Positions 30,971-41,147 of a stretch of 64,000 bases of DNA are shown piece by piece (position 1 is the stretch's first letter; every line of letters begins with the position of its first letter). Location: positions 32 through 64,031 of the forward strand of contig CAIMVM010000247.1 of the NCBI GenBank assembly GCA_903844895.1, in the 5' to 3' direction. This DNA is from an uncultured Pseudomonadota bacterium (GTDB taxonomy: Bacteria > Bdellovibrionota_B > Oligoflexia > Oligoflexales > CAIMVM01). Both the position numbers and the translations under genes were made by a program. The notes beneath the pieces are model-generated. The model was not told the origin of the DNA, ran no database searches, and was given only the letters and a program-made list of their open reading frames with translations.

Positions 30971-33400
30971 TTAATTGCGCAATGGTTTTCCATTGGCGAG
31001 CATAAATAGGATTCTCTCTTTTGTTTTTTCCTGCTGACAAAGCTCTATAAAGGCTCTTCGCTCGAGATCTAAAAACCAAGCTTCATCGACAGGGGTGCCA
31101 GCTTCAATCTCTCCTCCGCAGAGAACCAAGGCGACTTTTTCGCCAACAAAACTATCATAGGGAGAAATCATTTTTCCTTGCACCATATTGTAAAGGGCCA
31201 TGCGGAACGTATTAAGGCCCCCATCTCCCAGTACTTTAATTCCAGATCTTGGTGAAGAAGGTAGATAGCCCATTCTTACAGCAAATCGCGCCATATCTTT
31301 AGCTTCTGAAAGCTGATGCTCTCTAGACATAGTTACAAGTGTCCGGCTTTCAGGATAGAGCCCCATAGCTCTTGCATGATAGCCTGATGAAGATACTTGC
31401 CCCATAGCAATCAATTGAAAGCTCTTTTGTATAAAGCTGGTAGGATCGGTTTTTTCGCCTCCCATGGCAGCATCATAGGCGCGAAGGGCTAATTCCTTTG
31501 TTCCCCCAGCGCCTGGAATGAGGCCAACTCCAACTTCGACAAGCCCCGCATAGGTTTCTGCTGTCACCAGGCGATGGCTAGTATGAAGGCTTACCTCACA
31601 GCCTCCACCCAAGGTCATTCCGTGGGGACAAGCAACCGTAGGGAATGGAGCATACTTAAGCATTTGTAATGTGCCTTGGGACGTTCGCAGCATTTGGTCA
31701 ATGCCGTCCCAGTTCTTTTTTTCAATAAATTCAGCTAGCATCTTGAGATTGGCCCCAGCTGAAAAAGCCGGACCTTGGTTGCCAATAACCATGGCGTCAA
31801 AATTCTTGCCTGTAGCCTCTAACGCTTTCTGCGTGAGCTCCAGGAGGTCCATGTCTAAAGCGTTCATCTTAGTATGAAAGACCAGTAGAGAGACCCCATC
31901 ACCCATATTCAGCAAACTTGCAGCTTTATTGCTGAGAACTACTCGTTTGTCATCGCGGGATTCTCGGTTTGAAAGTCTATATTTGTAGGACTCTTCTTTA
32001 AGTTTCTGCATTTTTCTAAGAGTCGAGTGGTACTGCTCGCTATAGCCTCCTACTTCAGCTGCAGCAGAGCCAGGTGCGGGGTTGTAAAATGCCAGTCCGG
32101 CTGTAATCCAGTCGGGCAAGAGAGCTTTGTCTTTTTTAAGTCTCGTAAGTATCTTTTCAAAGCCTAATGACTGCCAAAGCTCAAACGGTCCCATCTCCCA
32201 GTTAAATCCCCACCGAATCGCATCGTCAATACGCTTCACTTCTCCCGAAGCTATTTCATTGCATAGCATGGCAGAATAGGAAAAGGTATCGCGTAATATT
32301 CGCCAGACTAATTCAGATCCGCGATCGTCTTGTTCTAGAATGATTGTAAGTCGCTTAATAAGGTCTTTTTCTTTTTCAGCATCTGCTAGCCAAGGAAAGG
32401 ATTCAGGCGCCTGCTTTTCATAGCTATCAGACTCTGGGCGATAGGCTAAAATCTCACTCTTTCCTTTACTGTCTTTAACTTTGCTAAAGCAACCCTTATC
32501 TGCTGTTTTTTGTCCTAGAGCTCCTGCAGTGATCAATCTTGCCATCCAGGAAGGGGCAGCGAAAAGTTCTCTCAAGGGATCATCAGTGGCTTTGTCGTAA
32601 ACATTTTTAGCTACATGAGCGCAGGTATCAAGCCCCACGACATCCATAGTTCGTAGAGTGCCAGAGGAGGGTCGACCCATCAATTTTCCAGTGAGTAAAT
32701 CGGTAGTCTCAAAATTAATCTTTAAGTCTTGAATATGGTGAAGCGTGGATTGAAGCGAAAGGACTCCAATACGATTCGCTATGAAGTTCACTGTGTCGTT
32801 TGCGACGACAATTCCTTTTCCTAGCGTTTCAGAAAGCCATTGACTCATGGCTGCAAATAATTGGCCATCAGTTCTGTTGGTGGGAATAACTTCAAGGAGG
32901 TTCATATAGCGAGGAGGGTTAAAAAAGTGTGTGCCGAAAAAGTCACGGGCGTAAGACTCATCCAAATCTGCCACGATCTCATTAAGGGGAATTCCTGAAG
33001 TATTGGTGGTGACGGCAACGCCCGGGCGTTTGTATTCACTAATTCTTTTATGAATCGCTTTCTTAATCTCTAGCTTTTCAACAACCACTTCAATAACCCA
33101 GTCGCAATCTGCAATCACTGACAAGTCATCGGCAAAGTTCCCTGGGATGATGGAGTCTGGAATGCTGTCTAACATCAGAGGGGAAGGCTTCAGTTTCTTG
33201 AGTCCTTCCAAAGCTAATAAAGCTCGGCTGGATCTAAAATTCTTTCCTACTGCCTTGGCTATTTTGGGATCTTTGGGAGGCTCTTCGCTTTCTAGGTCAA
33301 GAAGCCATGTTCGAATGCCAGCGGCTGAAATATGCGCAGCAATTTGGGCTCCCATGACACCAGCACCAAGAACGACAGCTTTTCTGATTTTTAGAGTCAT
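30971..33400 (-). CDS. bifunctional 3-hydroxyacyl-CoA dehydrogenase / enoyl-CoA hydratase (FadN-type domain order)
   Basis: N-terminal Rossmann 'KAVVLGAGVMGAQIAAH' and a C-terminal crotonase fold 'GNQGPAFSAGANL' ... 'CPHGMTLGGGCE'. It lies upstream of the thiolase gene in the same orientation. Confidence 0.9.
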   Translation of the reverse strand: MTLKIRKAVVLGAGVMGAQIAAHISAAGIRTWLLDLESEEPPKDPKIAKAVGKNFRSSRALLALEGLKKLKPSPLMLDSIPDSIIPGNFADDLSVIADCDWVIEVVVEKLEIKKAIHKRISEYKRPGVAVTTNTSGIPLNEIVADLDESYARDFFGTHFFNPPRYMNLLEVIPTNRTDGQLFAAMSQWLSETLGKGIVVANDTVNFIANRIGVLSLQSTLHHIQDLKINFETTDLLTGKLMGRPSSGTLRTMDVVGLDTCAHVAKNVYDKATDDPLRELFAAPSWMARLITAGALGQKTADKGCFSKVKDSKGKSEILAYRPESDSYEKQAPESFPWLADAEKEKDLIKRLTIILEQDDRGSELVWRILRDTFSYSAMLCNEIASGEVKRIDDAIRWGFNWEMGPFELWQSLGFEKILTRLKKDKALLPDWITAGLAFYNPAPGSAAAEVGGYSEQYHSTLRKMQKLKEESYKYRLSNRESRDDKRVVLSNKAASLLNMGDGVSLLVFHTKMNALDMDLLELTQKALEATGKNFDAMVIGNQGPAFSAGANLKMLAEFIEKKNWDGIDQMLRTSQGTLQMLKYAPFPTVACPHGMTLGGGCEVSLHTSHRLVTAETYAGLVEVGVGLIPGAGGTKELALRAYDAAMGGEKTDPTSFIQKSFQLIAMGQVSSSGYHARAMGLYPESRTLVTMSREHQLSEAKDMARFAVRMGYLPSSPRSGIKVLGDGGLNTFRMALYNMVQGKMISPYDSFVGEKVALVLCGGEIEAGTPVDEAWFLDLERRAFIELCQQEKTKERILFMLANGKPLRN

Positions 33401-33512
33401 TGGACTCTCCCGCAATTTTTAGAGATTTGAGAGTATTTTAGAACCTATTGAGAGGGGATGCTACGATTTTTTTTGTAGGTTACTAAAATCAAACTGGAAT
33501 TTTTGGTTTGCC

Positions 33513-33541
33513 TTGACACTGGGGGATTCACCCACTATCTA
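33513..33541 (+). promoter_or_regulatory. sigma70-like promoter for tcdA
   Basis: TTGACA (33513-33518), a 17-nt spacer, then TATCTA (33536-33541). GGGAGG at 33551 and GTG at 33562 follow. Confidence 0.35.
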
Positions 33542-33561
33542 TCGAGCTCTGGGAGGCCATA

Positions 33562-34404
33562 GTGAGTCTTATCGAAAGCAAAGTAGGTATCGAGTCAGGA
33601 ATCGACACAGGAATCGACTCAGGAATCGACTCAGGAATCGACTTAGGAATCGAAAGTTTGACAGCTCGGTTTGCCGGGATAGGCCGCATTTATGGAGAAC
33701 AGGGCTTGATCCGACTTAATCAAAGCCATGTCGCTGTCGTAGGTGTCGGTGGCGTGGGGTCCTGGGTCGTGGAATCACTTGCAAGATCCGGTGTGGGTAG
33801 AATTACTATGATCGATCCTGATGATATATGTATTTCTAATATGAATCGTCAACTACCAGCACTGAGTACGACAATTGGTCGCCCTAAAGTAGAGGTTCTT
33901 AAAGAACGACTCCTTCAAATAAATCCTAACCTAAAAGTCGATATCATAACGGATTGGTTTACCTCCCAAACTTCAGAAGAACTTCTTGTCCCAAATTATG
34001 ACTTTGTTGTGGATGCTATTGATTCCCTGTCCAATAAAGCTTTACTTCTTGCCAATTGTCTTAAAAAAAACATGAAGGTGGTTACAGTAGGTGGTGCCGG
34101 AGGAAAGACTGATCCCACCAAAATCAAAATTTGTGACCTGAAAGATACCACGGTTGATCCCTTGCTCAAGCAGGTTAGAAAACGTTTACGAAATACCTAT
34201 GGCATGAATGGACAAGTAAACTACGGGATATTTGCGGTGTACAGCAATGAGCATCCTGTTTTGCCAGGCTCATGTGAAACAAAAAAGCCGTTAAGACTCG
34301 ATTGTGGTGACGGTTACGGAAGTTCCTCATTTGTTACCGGAAGCTTCGGATTTGCTGCGGCATCGTTAGTAATCAACCAACTGACAGAGTTTCAGAGCAG
34401 ATAA
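33562..34404 (+). CDS. tcdA: tRNA threonylcarbamoyladenosine dehydratase (ThiF-family, TcdA/CsdL)
   Basis: 'RFAGIGRIYGEQGLIRLNQSHVAVVGVGGVGSWVVESLARSGVG' and 'VVTVGGAGGKTDPT' align closely with my recollection of E. coli TcdA. The GTG start is preceded by GGGAGG. An in-frame TTG at 33658 is an alternative start. Confidence 0.85.
   Translation: MSLIESKVGIESGIDTGIDSGIDSGIDLGIESLTARFAGIGRIYGEQGLIRLNQSHVAVVGVGGVGSWVVESLARSGVGRITMIDPDDICISNMNRQLPALSTTIGRPKVEVLKERLLQINPNLKVDIITDWFTSQTSEELLVPNYDFVVDAIDSLSNKALLLANCLKKNMKVVTVGGAGGKTDPTKIKICDLKDTTVDPLLKQVRKRLRNTYGMNGQVNYGIFAVYSNEHPVLPGSCETKKPLRLDCGDGYGSSSFVTGSFGFAAASLVINQLTEFQSR
33586..33657 (+). repeat. 12-bp tandem repeat x6 (GGAATCGACTCA and variants), in frame, encoding (G-I-D/E-S/T)n
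   Basis: Direct reading gives units at 33586, 33598, 33610, 33622, 33634 and 33646. They translate to 'GIESGIDTGIDSGIDSGIDLGIES'. Confidence 0.9.
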
Positions 34405-34486
34405 GAGCCGCTGAATGGTAAAGACGTGGTATCTTAGATGAGACGTTCTCTTTCATGAGCTTCCTTGGTCTGAGGTCAACTTTAAT

Positions 34487-35170
34487 ATGCTAGATGCGCA
34501 TACTCACCGTCCCAAAAGAACCCAGGGACTTATTGAAATAGAATCCCCTGATATCAGGCTGGTTCGCGAAGGGAACTGGCAACCTACTGGGCCTTTTGTG
34601 CTGGGTCTTCATCCTTGGTGGATCGGGCAGATGGCCGAGCCCCTAGAAACCCTGTTTTCTTGGATGGAGCATCCTGAGTGTCTTGGAGTCGGGGAGACGG
34701 GGCTTGACAAATTGATTTCGACTTCACTTGAAACTCAAATTTTTTGGTTTCTAAAACATTTGGATCTAGCAAAGACCTATAAAAAGTCGCTAGTGGTTTT
34801 GCATATTGTGAGAAGTTGGAGTGAGCTGAAACCGATTCTAAGGCAATCTAAGTATGAAGGGAAAATCCTTCTTCACGATTGTCAGGCATCGGCTGGGGAT
34901 TTGAAGTGGCTGGAAACAGACGAAAGACTGTGGTTTTCCTATGGATCTGCACTCAAGAAAAAGACCTCTAGGGGTTTTCAGGGGTTTTTAGAGGCCCCTG
35001 CGGGAAAAGTTCTTTTTGAAACTGATGATTCGGGCGAAGACATTGAAAACACTGTTAGGATGGGCCTAGGGTTTAGGCCAGAGGTGCCTTATGCCGAAAA
35101 CAGTTACAGGTTTCTGAAAGCTGTCGGCTATCCCTGCGTTTCTGGGAAGGTGTGCGCCGACCCGAAGTAG
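34487..35170 (+). CDS. TatD-family metal-dependent hydrolase-like protein
   Basis: 'MLDAHTH' at the N-terminus, 'GVGETGLD', 'LVVLHIVRSW', 'ETDD'. It is shorter and more divergent than canonical TatD. Confidence 0.6.
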   Translation: MLDAHTHRPKRTQGLIEIESPDIRLVREGNWQPTGPFVLGLHPWWIGQMAEPLETLFSWMEHPECLGVGETGLDKLISTSLETQIFWFLKHLDLAKTYKKSLVVLHIVRSWSELKPILRQSKYEGKILLHDCQASAGDLKWLETDERLWFSYGSALKKKTSRGFQGFLEAPAGKVLFETDDSGEDIENTVRMGLGFRPEVPYAENSYRFLKAVGYPCVSGKVCADPK

Positions 35171-35363
35171 TGGTTTGTAAGAGCAACGTATTTTAATCGA
35201 CATGGAATCAGCTGGGATTTCCTTTGCTTATACAATAGAGATTAGGAAAACCTGCAACGATTCGTGAAAGTGCAGACTTTTTACGAATCCATAAGTAAAG
35301 CCGCCTAGGTTTTCCTGGCGGCTTCCTTATGGGGAGGTTTTCTAGAACTGCAGTTGCATTGAT

Positions 35364-37328
35364 TTATAGACCAAAGTTATGGTTCTTTATTTTTTTAACC
35401 ACAGCTTCTGGGGTAAAGCCAAACTGCTTTTCAAGGTCTCCCGCGGGAGCTGAAGCACCGTAGTGATCGATACCAACCATGAGGCCTTCGCGTCCCACAA
35501 AACGCTCCCAGCCAAGTGTGGTGCCAGCTTCTATTGACACTCTTCTCTTACAGTCCACAGATAAAATCTGATTTTTATAAGCCTCATCTTGATTGAAAAA
35601 CAATTCCCAGCACGGCACGCTTATGACGCGCGTGGACTTGGAATATCCGTCCTTTTCGAGTTGCTCGGCAGTTTTAAGGGCTAGGCCGACTTCTGAACCA
35701 GTGGCAAAAATAACTAAATCTGGTTTTGTGGATTCTTTGACTTGCCAGGCACCTTTGGCGCTCAGCTCTACAGGCCCACTTAAATAAGGAACGCCTTGTC
35801 GGGTCAAACAAATACATACAGGGGTATTAGGATCTTTTAGGGCAACTTTCATGAGGATTTCTGTTTCACTCGGGTCTGCAGGGCGCATAACCATAAGGTC
35901 AGGTATGGCTCTTAAACTCATCACTTGCTCAATGGGTTGATGGGTGGGGCCGTCTTCGCCAAGATAGAAAGAGTCATGCGTAAACTCATGAATCACGCGC
36001 ACTTTTTGAATTGCGCCGAGACGTAATGCAGGGCGAGAGTAATCTGCAAAAGCTAAAAATGTAGCGTCAAAGGGTACAAACCCACCATGGAGGGCTAATC
36101 CATTGCACATTGCTGACATCGTAAATTCTCTCACGCCAAAAGCGATATTTCTGCCTTGGGGAGTTTCAGCTTGAAAATCTCCAACTTTTTTTGCAAAAGC
36201 ACCCGTCATGTTGGAAGGCTCAAGGTCAGCAGATCCGCCGATCAGGTTGGGAACCGAAAAAGCCCATTCTTCAATAATTCTGCCAAAAGCATTTCTAGTG
36301 GCGATAGGCTTAGTGCGGTCCCATGAAATCGGAGCTAGGCTCTCGACATGTAACGACCCAAAGTAACCATTAAATTTATCGCTAAACGTCTTATCAGCCA
36401 GTCGGGATTCTAGCTTTTTATTCCAAGTGTCTACTTTCGACTTTAGAGTTTGAAAGTTTCTTTGGAAGTGTTCTGTAGCTTCTTTGGGCCAATAAAAATC
36501 CGTTTCGGGGAGTCCCCAAGCCGCTTTGGTTGCAGCTATTTCGGCAGCTGGCAACGGTTCTCCGTGGGTTTTATGGCTACCCTCTAGGGAGGCTGCGCCT
36601 TTAGCCATAGTGGTGTCGCCAATAATAAGAACGGGACGCTCGGTTTCTGCTCGAGCTAAAGTCATGACGCTTCGAAGGGCGGCGTGATCATGACCGGAAA
36701 CCCGGTAAACCCTCCAGCCAAAACCTTCAAATATCCTCTGCTCATCGTCACTTGTTGCCCGCCTTATGGAGCCTGAAATCTGAATCGCGTTGCGATCATA
36801 GTACCAAATAAGATTATTTAATTTGAGATGTCCGGCTATCGAAGCGGCACCCAGGGTCACGTCCTCTTGCATGCACCCATCACCTAAGAGGACCCAAGTT
36901 TTATAAGAGAAAAGGTCCTGGTCTAGGCTGGCAGAGAGGTGTTTCGCTCCTAAGGCAAAACCAGTCGACATGGCTGCCCCTTGGCCCAGAGGTCCGGTGG
37001 TACATTCTACTCCGGGTGTTTCCGTGTTTTCAGGATGCCCCGGGGTACGGGAATGTAGTTGTCTAAAAGACTTAAGATCGTCGATAGTTAGCCAACCTAT
37101 GCCGTGAAGAAGTGAGTATATAAGCATGGATTCGTGGCCAGCACTTAAGATAAAGCGATCTCGGCCAAGCCATTTGGGGTCTTGGGGATGAAATGTAATG
37201 AATTCTGTATAAAGAAGGTAGGCAAAATCCATGGATGACATGGCGCCTCCAGGGTGGCCGGACTTTGCTTTGCTGACCCCATCAATGACTAGGCTTTTCA
37301 GGCAATTAATCGTCCATTGGTCCTTCAT
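35364..37328 (-). CDS. tkt: transketolase
   Basis: 'GHPGGAMS', 'RDRFILSAGHESMLIYSL', 'LGDGCMQEDV', 'THDSFYLGEDGPTHQPIE'. Confidence 0.95.
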   Translation of the reverse strand: MKDQWTINCLKSLVIDGVSKAKSGHPGGAMSSMDFAYLLYTEFITFHPQDPKWLGRDRFILSAGHESMLIYSLLHGIGWLTIDDLKSFRQLHSRTPGHPENTETPGVECTTGPLGQGAAMSTGFALGAKHLSASLDQDLFSYKTWVLLGDGCMQEDVTLGAASIAGHLKLNNLIWYYDRNAIQISGSIRRATSDDEQRIFEGFGWRVYRVSGHDHAALRSVMTLARAETERPVLIIGDTTMAKGAASLEGSHKTHGEPLPAAEIAATKAAWGLPETDFYWPKEATEHFQRNFQTLKSKVDTWNKKLESRLADKTFSDKFNGYFGSLHVESLAPISWDRTKPIATRNAFGRIIEEWAFSVPNLIGGSADLEPSNMTGAFAKKVGDFQAETPQGRNIAFGVREFTMSAMCNGLALHGGFVPFDATFLAFADYSRPALRLGAIQKVRVIHEFTHDSFYLGEDGPTHQPIEQVMSLRAIPDLMVMRPADPSETEILMKVALKDPNTPVCICLTRQGVPYLSGPVELSAKGAWQVKESTKPDLVIFATGSEVGLALKTAEQLEKDGYSKSTRVISVPCWELFFNQDEAYKNQILSVDCKRRVSIEAGTTLGWERFVGREGLMVGIDHYGASAPAGDLEKQFGFTPEAVVKKIKNHNFGL

Positions 37329-37511
37329 GGGGTCTCCTAAAATTTGATAGTGGCGGCATTATAGAGGTAATTTCGCGGCTGGGAAATTAATATCTTTAAC
37401 TTATTCAAGTGTTTCCCCAAGAAAAGAGATGGATATTCTCCTCAACTTAAGGCATCATGCCGCGGCTGCCGCTTTTGCGGGAAGCTAAGAAACCTTTATT
37501 TCGGGAACTCT

Positions 37512-39380
37512 ATGATTCGCCAGGACATCAGAAACTTATGTATCATCGCCCACGTTGACCACGGCAAAACTACTCTTGTCGACCATCTTTTGAAGCAAGG
37601 GGGCTTATTTGCTGCCCATGAAAAAACAGAAGATCGCATGATGGATTCCAATGCCCTTGAGCGCGAACGTGGGATTACGATTTTGGCGAAAAACTGCTCT
37701 GTAAATGTTAAAGGCGTGAAGCTAAACATTGTGGATACTCCAGGACACGCCGACTTCGGTGGAGAAGTAGAACGAATCATTGGAACTGTTGACGGAGCCG
37801 TTTTGCTTGTGGATGCTGCAGAAGGTCCCTTACCGCAAACTCGCTTCGTGTTAGAAAAGGCTCTTAAAATGGGCCATAAAATTATTCTTTGTATCAATAA
37901 AGTGGATCGCCCTGAAGTTCAGGTCGGCGATCGTATTCAAGATGTCGTCAATCAGGTTTTTGATTTGTTTGTAGAGCTTGGCGCTTCAGATGAACAGTGT
38001 GATTTCCCGATTGTGTATGCAGTGGCACGTGAAGGCTGGTGTACCCAGAATTTTGATGATGTTCCTTTGCTTTTAAAGGGTGAGAAAAAAGGCTCATTAG
38101 AACCTCTTTTTGACTTAGTCCTAAATCGTTTTAAGGGTCCCACAGTGGATCCTGACGGTGTCTTTACCATGCAGCTTTCCAACCTATCTTGGTCAAACTT
38201 CGTGGGGCAGCTTTCCGTGGGGCGAGTGATTGCTGGAAAAGTTAGAAAAGGGCAAGAGATCTTTCGTTTAGGAGTCAAACCTAATGGCGAAAAGTTTTCA
38301 GAAAAATTCAACGTAACGAAACTATTTACCTACAGCGGCAACCGAGAGGTTGAAACGGAAGAATTGACTGCTGGTGACATTGGAATTGTTGCAGGAAATG
38401 ATAACGTATTTATCGGCGATACCCTTGGTGGCTCGACGGAAATTGAAATGTTTTCTAGAATTCAAGTTCAAGAGCCTACTTTGAGGATGATTTTTTCCAT
38501 CAATTCCAGCCCACTGTCTGGTAAAGAAGGGGAAGCTATTCAGTCTCGAAAGCTTCGCGAGCGTTTAGAACGTGAATGTCGCGCGAACGTGGCTGTTCAG
38601 ATGGAAGAAGGCGATTCTACCGATCAATATTTCCTTCTTGGACGCGGGGAACTGCAGTTTGCAATTTTGATTGAAACTATGCGCCGTGAAGGTCTTGAGT
38701 TCATGGTTGGCCGTCCTGTTGTTCGCATGATTAAGAATGACGCAGGTGAGAAGCAAGAACCAGTAGAACGTGCTGTTCTCTATCTTCCAGATGCATTTAC
38801 TGGCGCTGTTACAGAAATGTTCCAAAACCGTAAAGGTGTATTGGCACACTATGAAAATATGCCAGCTAATCGCGTTAAACTTGTATTTGATATCCCTTCA
38901 CGTGGACTTCTGGGTATTAGGTCCTCGTACCTCACGGCAACTCGCGGCGAAGGACTCTTCTCTTCTGAACTCGTCGGATATGAACCCTATAAGGGCGAGA
39001 TGCTGCACCGTAAAAACGGAGCTATCATAGCCGATCGAACAGGAAAGACTACAGAATATGCGTTGTCTTCTATTGAAGAACGTGGTGTTCTCTTTTTGAA
39101 TCCAGGTACTGAAGTCTATGAAGGCATGGTCATAGGCGAGCATAGTAGAGAGCAGGATCTCAATGTAGATCCATCTAAAGAAAAGAAGCTTACCAACGTT
39201 CGTGCGGCTGGTTCAGACGGTTTGACCCAATTGGCAGGTATCCGTCAGATGTCGCTTGAACGTAGTATTGAGTGGCTAGACGATGATGAATGGATTGAAG
39301 TAACCCCTAAAAACATCAGACTTCGCAAGAAAGTTTTGCAGTCTAATTTGCGCTCGGTAACCCGTAGTAAAAAGAGCTAG
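37512..39380 (+). CDS. typA: translational GTPase TypA/BipA
   Basis: 'IRNLCIIAHVDHGKTTLVD', 'NIVDTPGHADFGGEVER', 'INKVDR'. Length is 622 aa. Confidence 0.95.
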   Translation: MIRQDIRNLCIIAHVDHGKTTLVDHLLKQGGLFAAHEKTEDRMMDSNALERERGITILAKNCSVNVKGVKLNIVDTPGHADFGGEVERIIGTVDGAVLLVDAAEGPLPQTRFVLEKALKMGHKIILCINKVDRPEVQVGDRIQDVVNQVFDLFVELGASDEQCDFPIVYAVAREGWCTQNFDDVPLLLKGEKKGSLEPLFDLVLNRFKGPTVDPDGVFTMQLSNLSWSNFVGQLSVGRVIAGKVRKGQEIFRLGVKPNGEKFSEKFNVTKLFTYSGNREVETEELTAGDIGIVAGNDNVFIGDTLGGSTEIEMFSRIQVQEPTLRMIFSINSSPLSGKEGEAIQSRKLRERLERECRANVAVQMEEGDSTDQYFLLGRGELQFAILIETMRREGLEFMVGRPVVRMIKNDAGEKQEPVERAVLYLPDAFTGAVTEMFQNRKGVLAHYENMPANRVKLVFDIPSRGLLGIRSSYLTATRGEGLFSSELVGYEPYKGEMLHRKNGAIIADRTGKTTEYALSSIEERGVLFLNPGTEVYEGMVIGEHSREQDLNVDPSKEKKLTNVRAAGSDGLTQLAGIRQMSLERSIEWLDDDEWIEVTPKNIRLRKKVLQSNLRSVTRSKKS

Positions 39381-39402
39381 GATCGAGAATTTTAGAAATA
39401 AA

Positions 39403-39430
39403 GCGAGGCATTGTAAGCCTCGTTTTTTTT
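39403..39430 (+). terminator. rho-independent terminator of typA
   Basis: GCGAGGC (39403-39409), loop ATTGTAA, GCCTCG (39417-39422), then T8. Confidence 0.7.
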
Positions 39431-39624
39431 AACTCGATTTCAAGTGAGAAGAAAAACCCTAACATCTAACGGTTTGTGAGATTTTGCAATATGCCTCAAA
39501 GAGGCAAATGCTTTCCCGGAGTTTTATAAGTTGCCGCAAGTCAGTCCTTCAAAAAAGACTACATGCGGCAATTTCATTTAGCACAAGAAGTTAGCGAGTT
39601 GTAGGATCCTCGAAGCCTCTAGAG

Positions 39625-40398
39625 TTACTTGAAGACTCCCGCAGCTTTTCCTTCCTTCTTAAACTTCAGAAGGAAATCTAAAGCCTGCTCATCGGTAACT
39701 TTTACGCCAGCTGGTGCATAAATTTCTAAGTTTCCATCCGTGTGGATGTCCATTTTTCCAGACTTATTCGCTGACGCAAGGCCGATTCCAGGAAAAATTG
39801 TAGAAAGGTTAGCAGCTGCAAAGAGTCCGCCCGGTTGAACGACTTTTCCATCTTTGTCAAGTAGGGGGCCGTATGCAGTAGCAACACCAACGATTTCATT
39901 CTTCCCGTTGAAAAGGCGCTGGGACACAGTCAGCCCAGATGGAAAATTCTGACTGACAAAATTCAAGGCAACTGTTGTACCTATGTACTTTTTCTGAGGC
40001 TCAGTGCCCAGATAGAGCAGTCCTTTAAATTTAGACTCACTAGCGAATTCAAACGTAGAGAGCTGAGTTCCTATGTATGAGGGAAACGGAGCACCGTTAG
40101 GAAGACGGCTGGTTTTGTTGACTGTTAGGATATCGTCTAACCAAGCTTTAGTAGCAAGTAAAGCACGAATCGAAAAACCCGTATCACCAGCGCCTGGGAT
40201 AAAGGAGATGGCGCCGTAGTCCTTAATAGTTTTTGTGATTTCGAGGTTAAGAGAGAAATCTTGAGAAAAGCCAATGTCTAAAAGAGCATCGCCATCTTTG
40301 TATTCAAATGCAAAACTATTGACTAGTTTCTGTCCGTTGTTGCCGCCTCCGCAGGCTGCCAATAACGTAATTACTGAACCTAAAAGTATTTTTTTCAT
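39625..40398 (-). CDS. lipoprotein, unknown function
   Basis: I chose the start at 'MKKILLGSVITLLAACGG' (lipobox LAAC), with AGGAG upstream. No family recognised. Confidence 0.6.
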   Translation of the reverse strand: MKKILLGSVITLLAACGGGNNGQKLVNSFAFEYKDGDALLDIGFSQDFSLNLEITKTIKDYGAISFIPGAGDTGFSIRALLATKAWLDDILTVNKTSRLPNGAPFPSYIGTQLSTFEFASESKFKGLLYLGTEPQKKYIGTTVALNFVSQNFPSGLTVSQRLFNGKNEIVGVATAYGPLLDKDGKVVQPGGLFAAANLSTIFPGIGLASANKSGKMDIHTDGNLEIYAPAGVKVTDEQALDFLLKFKKEGKAAGVFK

Positions 40399-40587
40399 TG
40401 GGGATCTCCTAAAAGTTTTACCCCCTATCGGCGCCACAGTCATGGACTTGACGCTTTAACGCGATTCTTAGTCTTGTCGATTATTGAGGTCGCCTGCCAA
40501 GCTGCGAAAAACGCTGAAAAAACATTGGATATTTTTATGATTTCAGAATAGATTCCGGCCTTCAATTTGACTGAATTAGGACTAAAC

Positions 40588-41070
40588 ATGAAAATCGCAA
40601 AAAATAGCGTCGTGATGATGGAATACACGTTGACCGACGACAAAGGTACGGTAATTGATACTACGGAAGGACGTGAGCCTCTCGCCTATTTGCATGGTTA
40701 TGGAAACATTATTGTGGGCTTAGAAAAAGAACTTGAAGGTAAGACTAAGGGAGCGAAGCTTCAAGTAAATGTATCTCCTGAAGAAGGCTATGGGCATTTC
40801 GATCAAGAAGCGATTAGAACTGTAGATATTGGTCAGTTCGAAGACGCTAAAGCTGTCGAAATTGGAATGCAGTTTGTGGCTGACACGGATGACGGTCCCG
40901 TTATGTTCACGGTGCGTGAAGTTAATGGGGCAGATGTTGTTCTTGATGGAAATCATCCTTTAGCTGGAACCAACTTAAGCTTTAGTGTGGAAGTCATCGA
41001 AGTCAGAGAGGCCTCTAAGGAAGAACTTGCTCATGGACATGTCCATGGAGCAGGTGGGCATCATCACTAA
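40588..41070 (+). CDS. slyD: FKBP-type peptidyl-prolyl isomerase SlyD
   Basis: 'MKIAKNSVVMMEYTLTDDKGTVIDTT', 'YLHGYGNIIVGLEKELEGK', 'GNHPLAGTNLSFSVEV', with a His-rich tail 'HGHVHGAGGHHH'. Confidence 0.85.
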   Translation: MKIAKNSVVMMEYTLTDDKGTVIDTTEGREPLAYLHGYGNIIVGLEKELEGKTKGAKLQVNVSPEEGYGHFDQEAIRTVDIGQFEDAKAVEIGMQFVADTDDGPVMFTVREVNGADVVLDGNHPLAGTNLSFSVEVIEVREASKEELAHGHVHGAGGHHH

Positions 41071-41147
41071 AAATGATATGTATTTAGCTAGCATAACTAA
41101 ATTCGTTGTCTTATCCTCTAATATCAATTGTGACTTAGGGACTAGAA

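Noticed and set aside
33513-33719. 68-aa ORF encoding an 'RNRLRNRLRNRLRNR' repeat
   Set aside because: It is the alternative reading frame of the 12-bp tandem repeat. The tcdA frame has the RBS and runs continuously into the conserved enzyme, so this frame is an artefact of the repeat.
37496-37897. 133-aa ORF antisense to the 5' end of typA
   Set aside because: It overlaps the highly conserved GTPase G-domain coding region, and its Pro/Ser/Arg-rich sequence is a typical shadow ORF.
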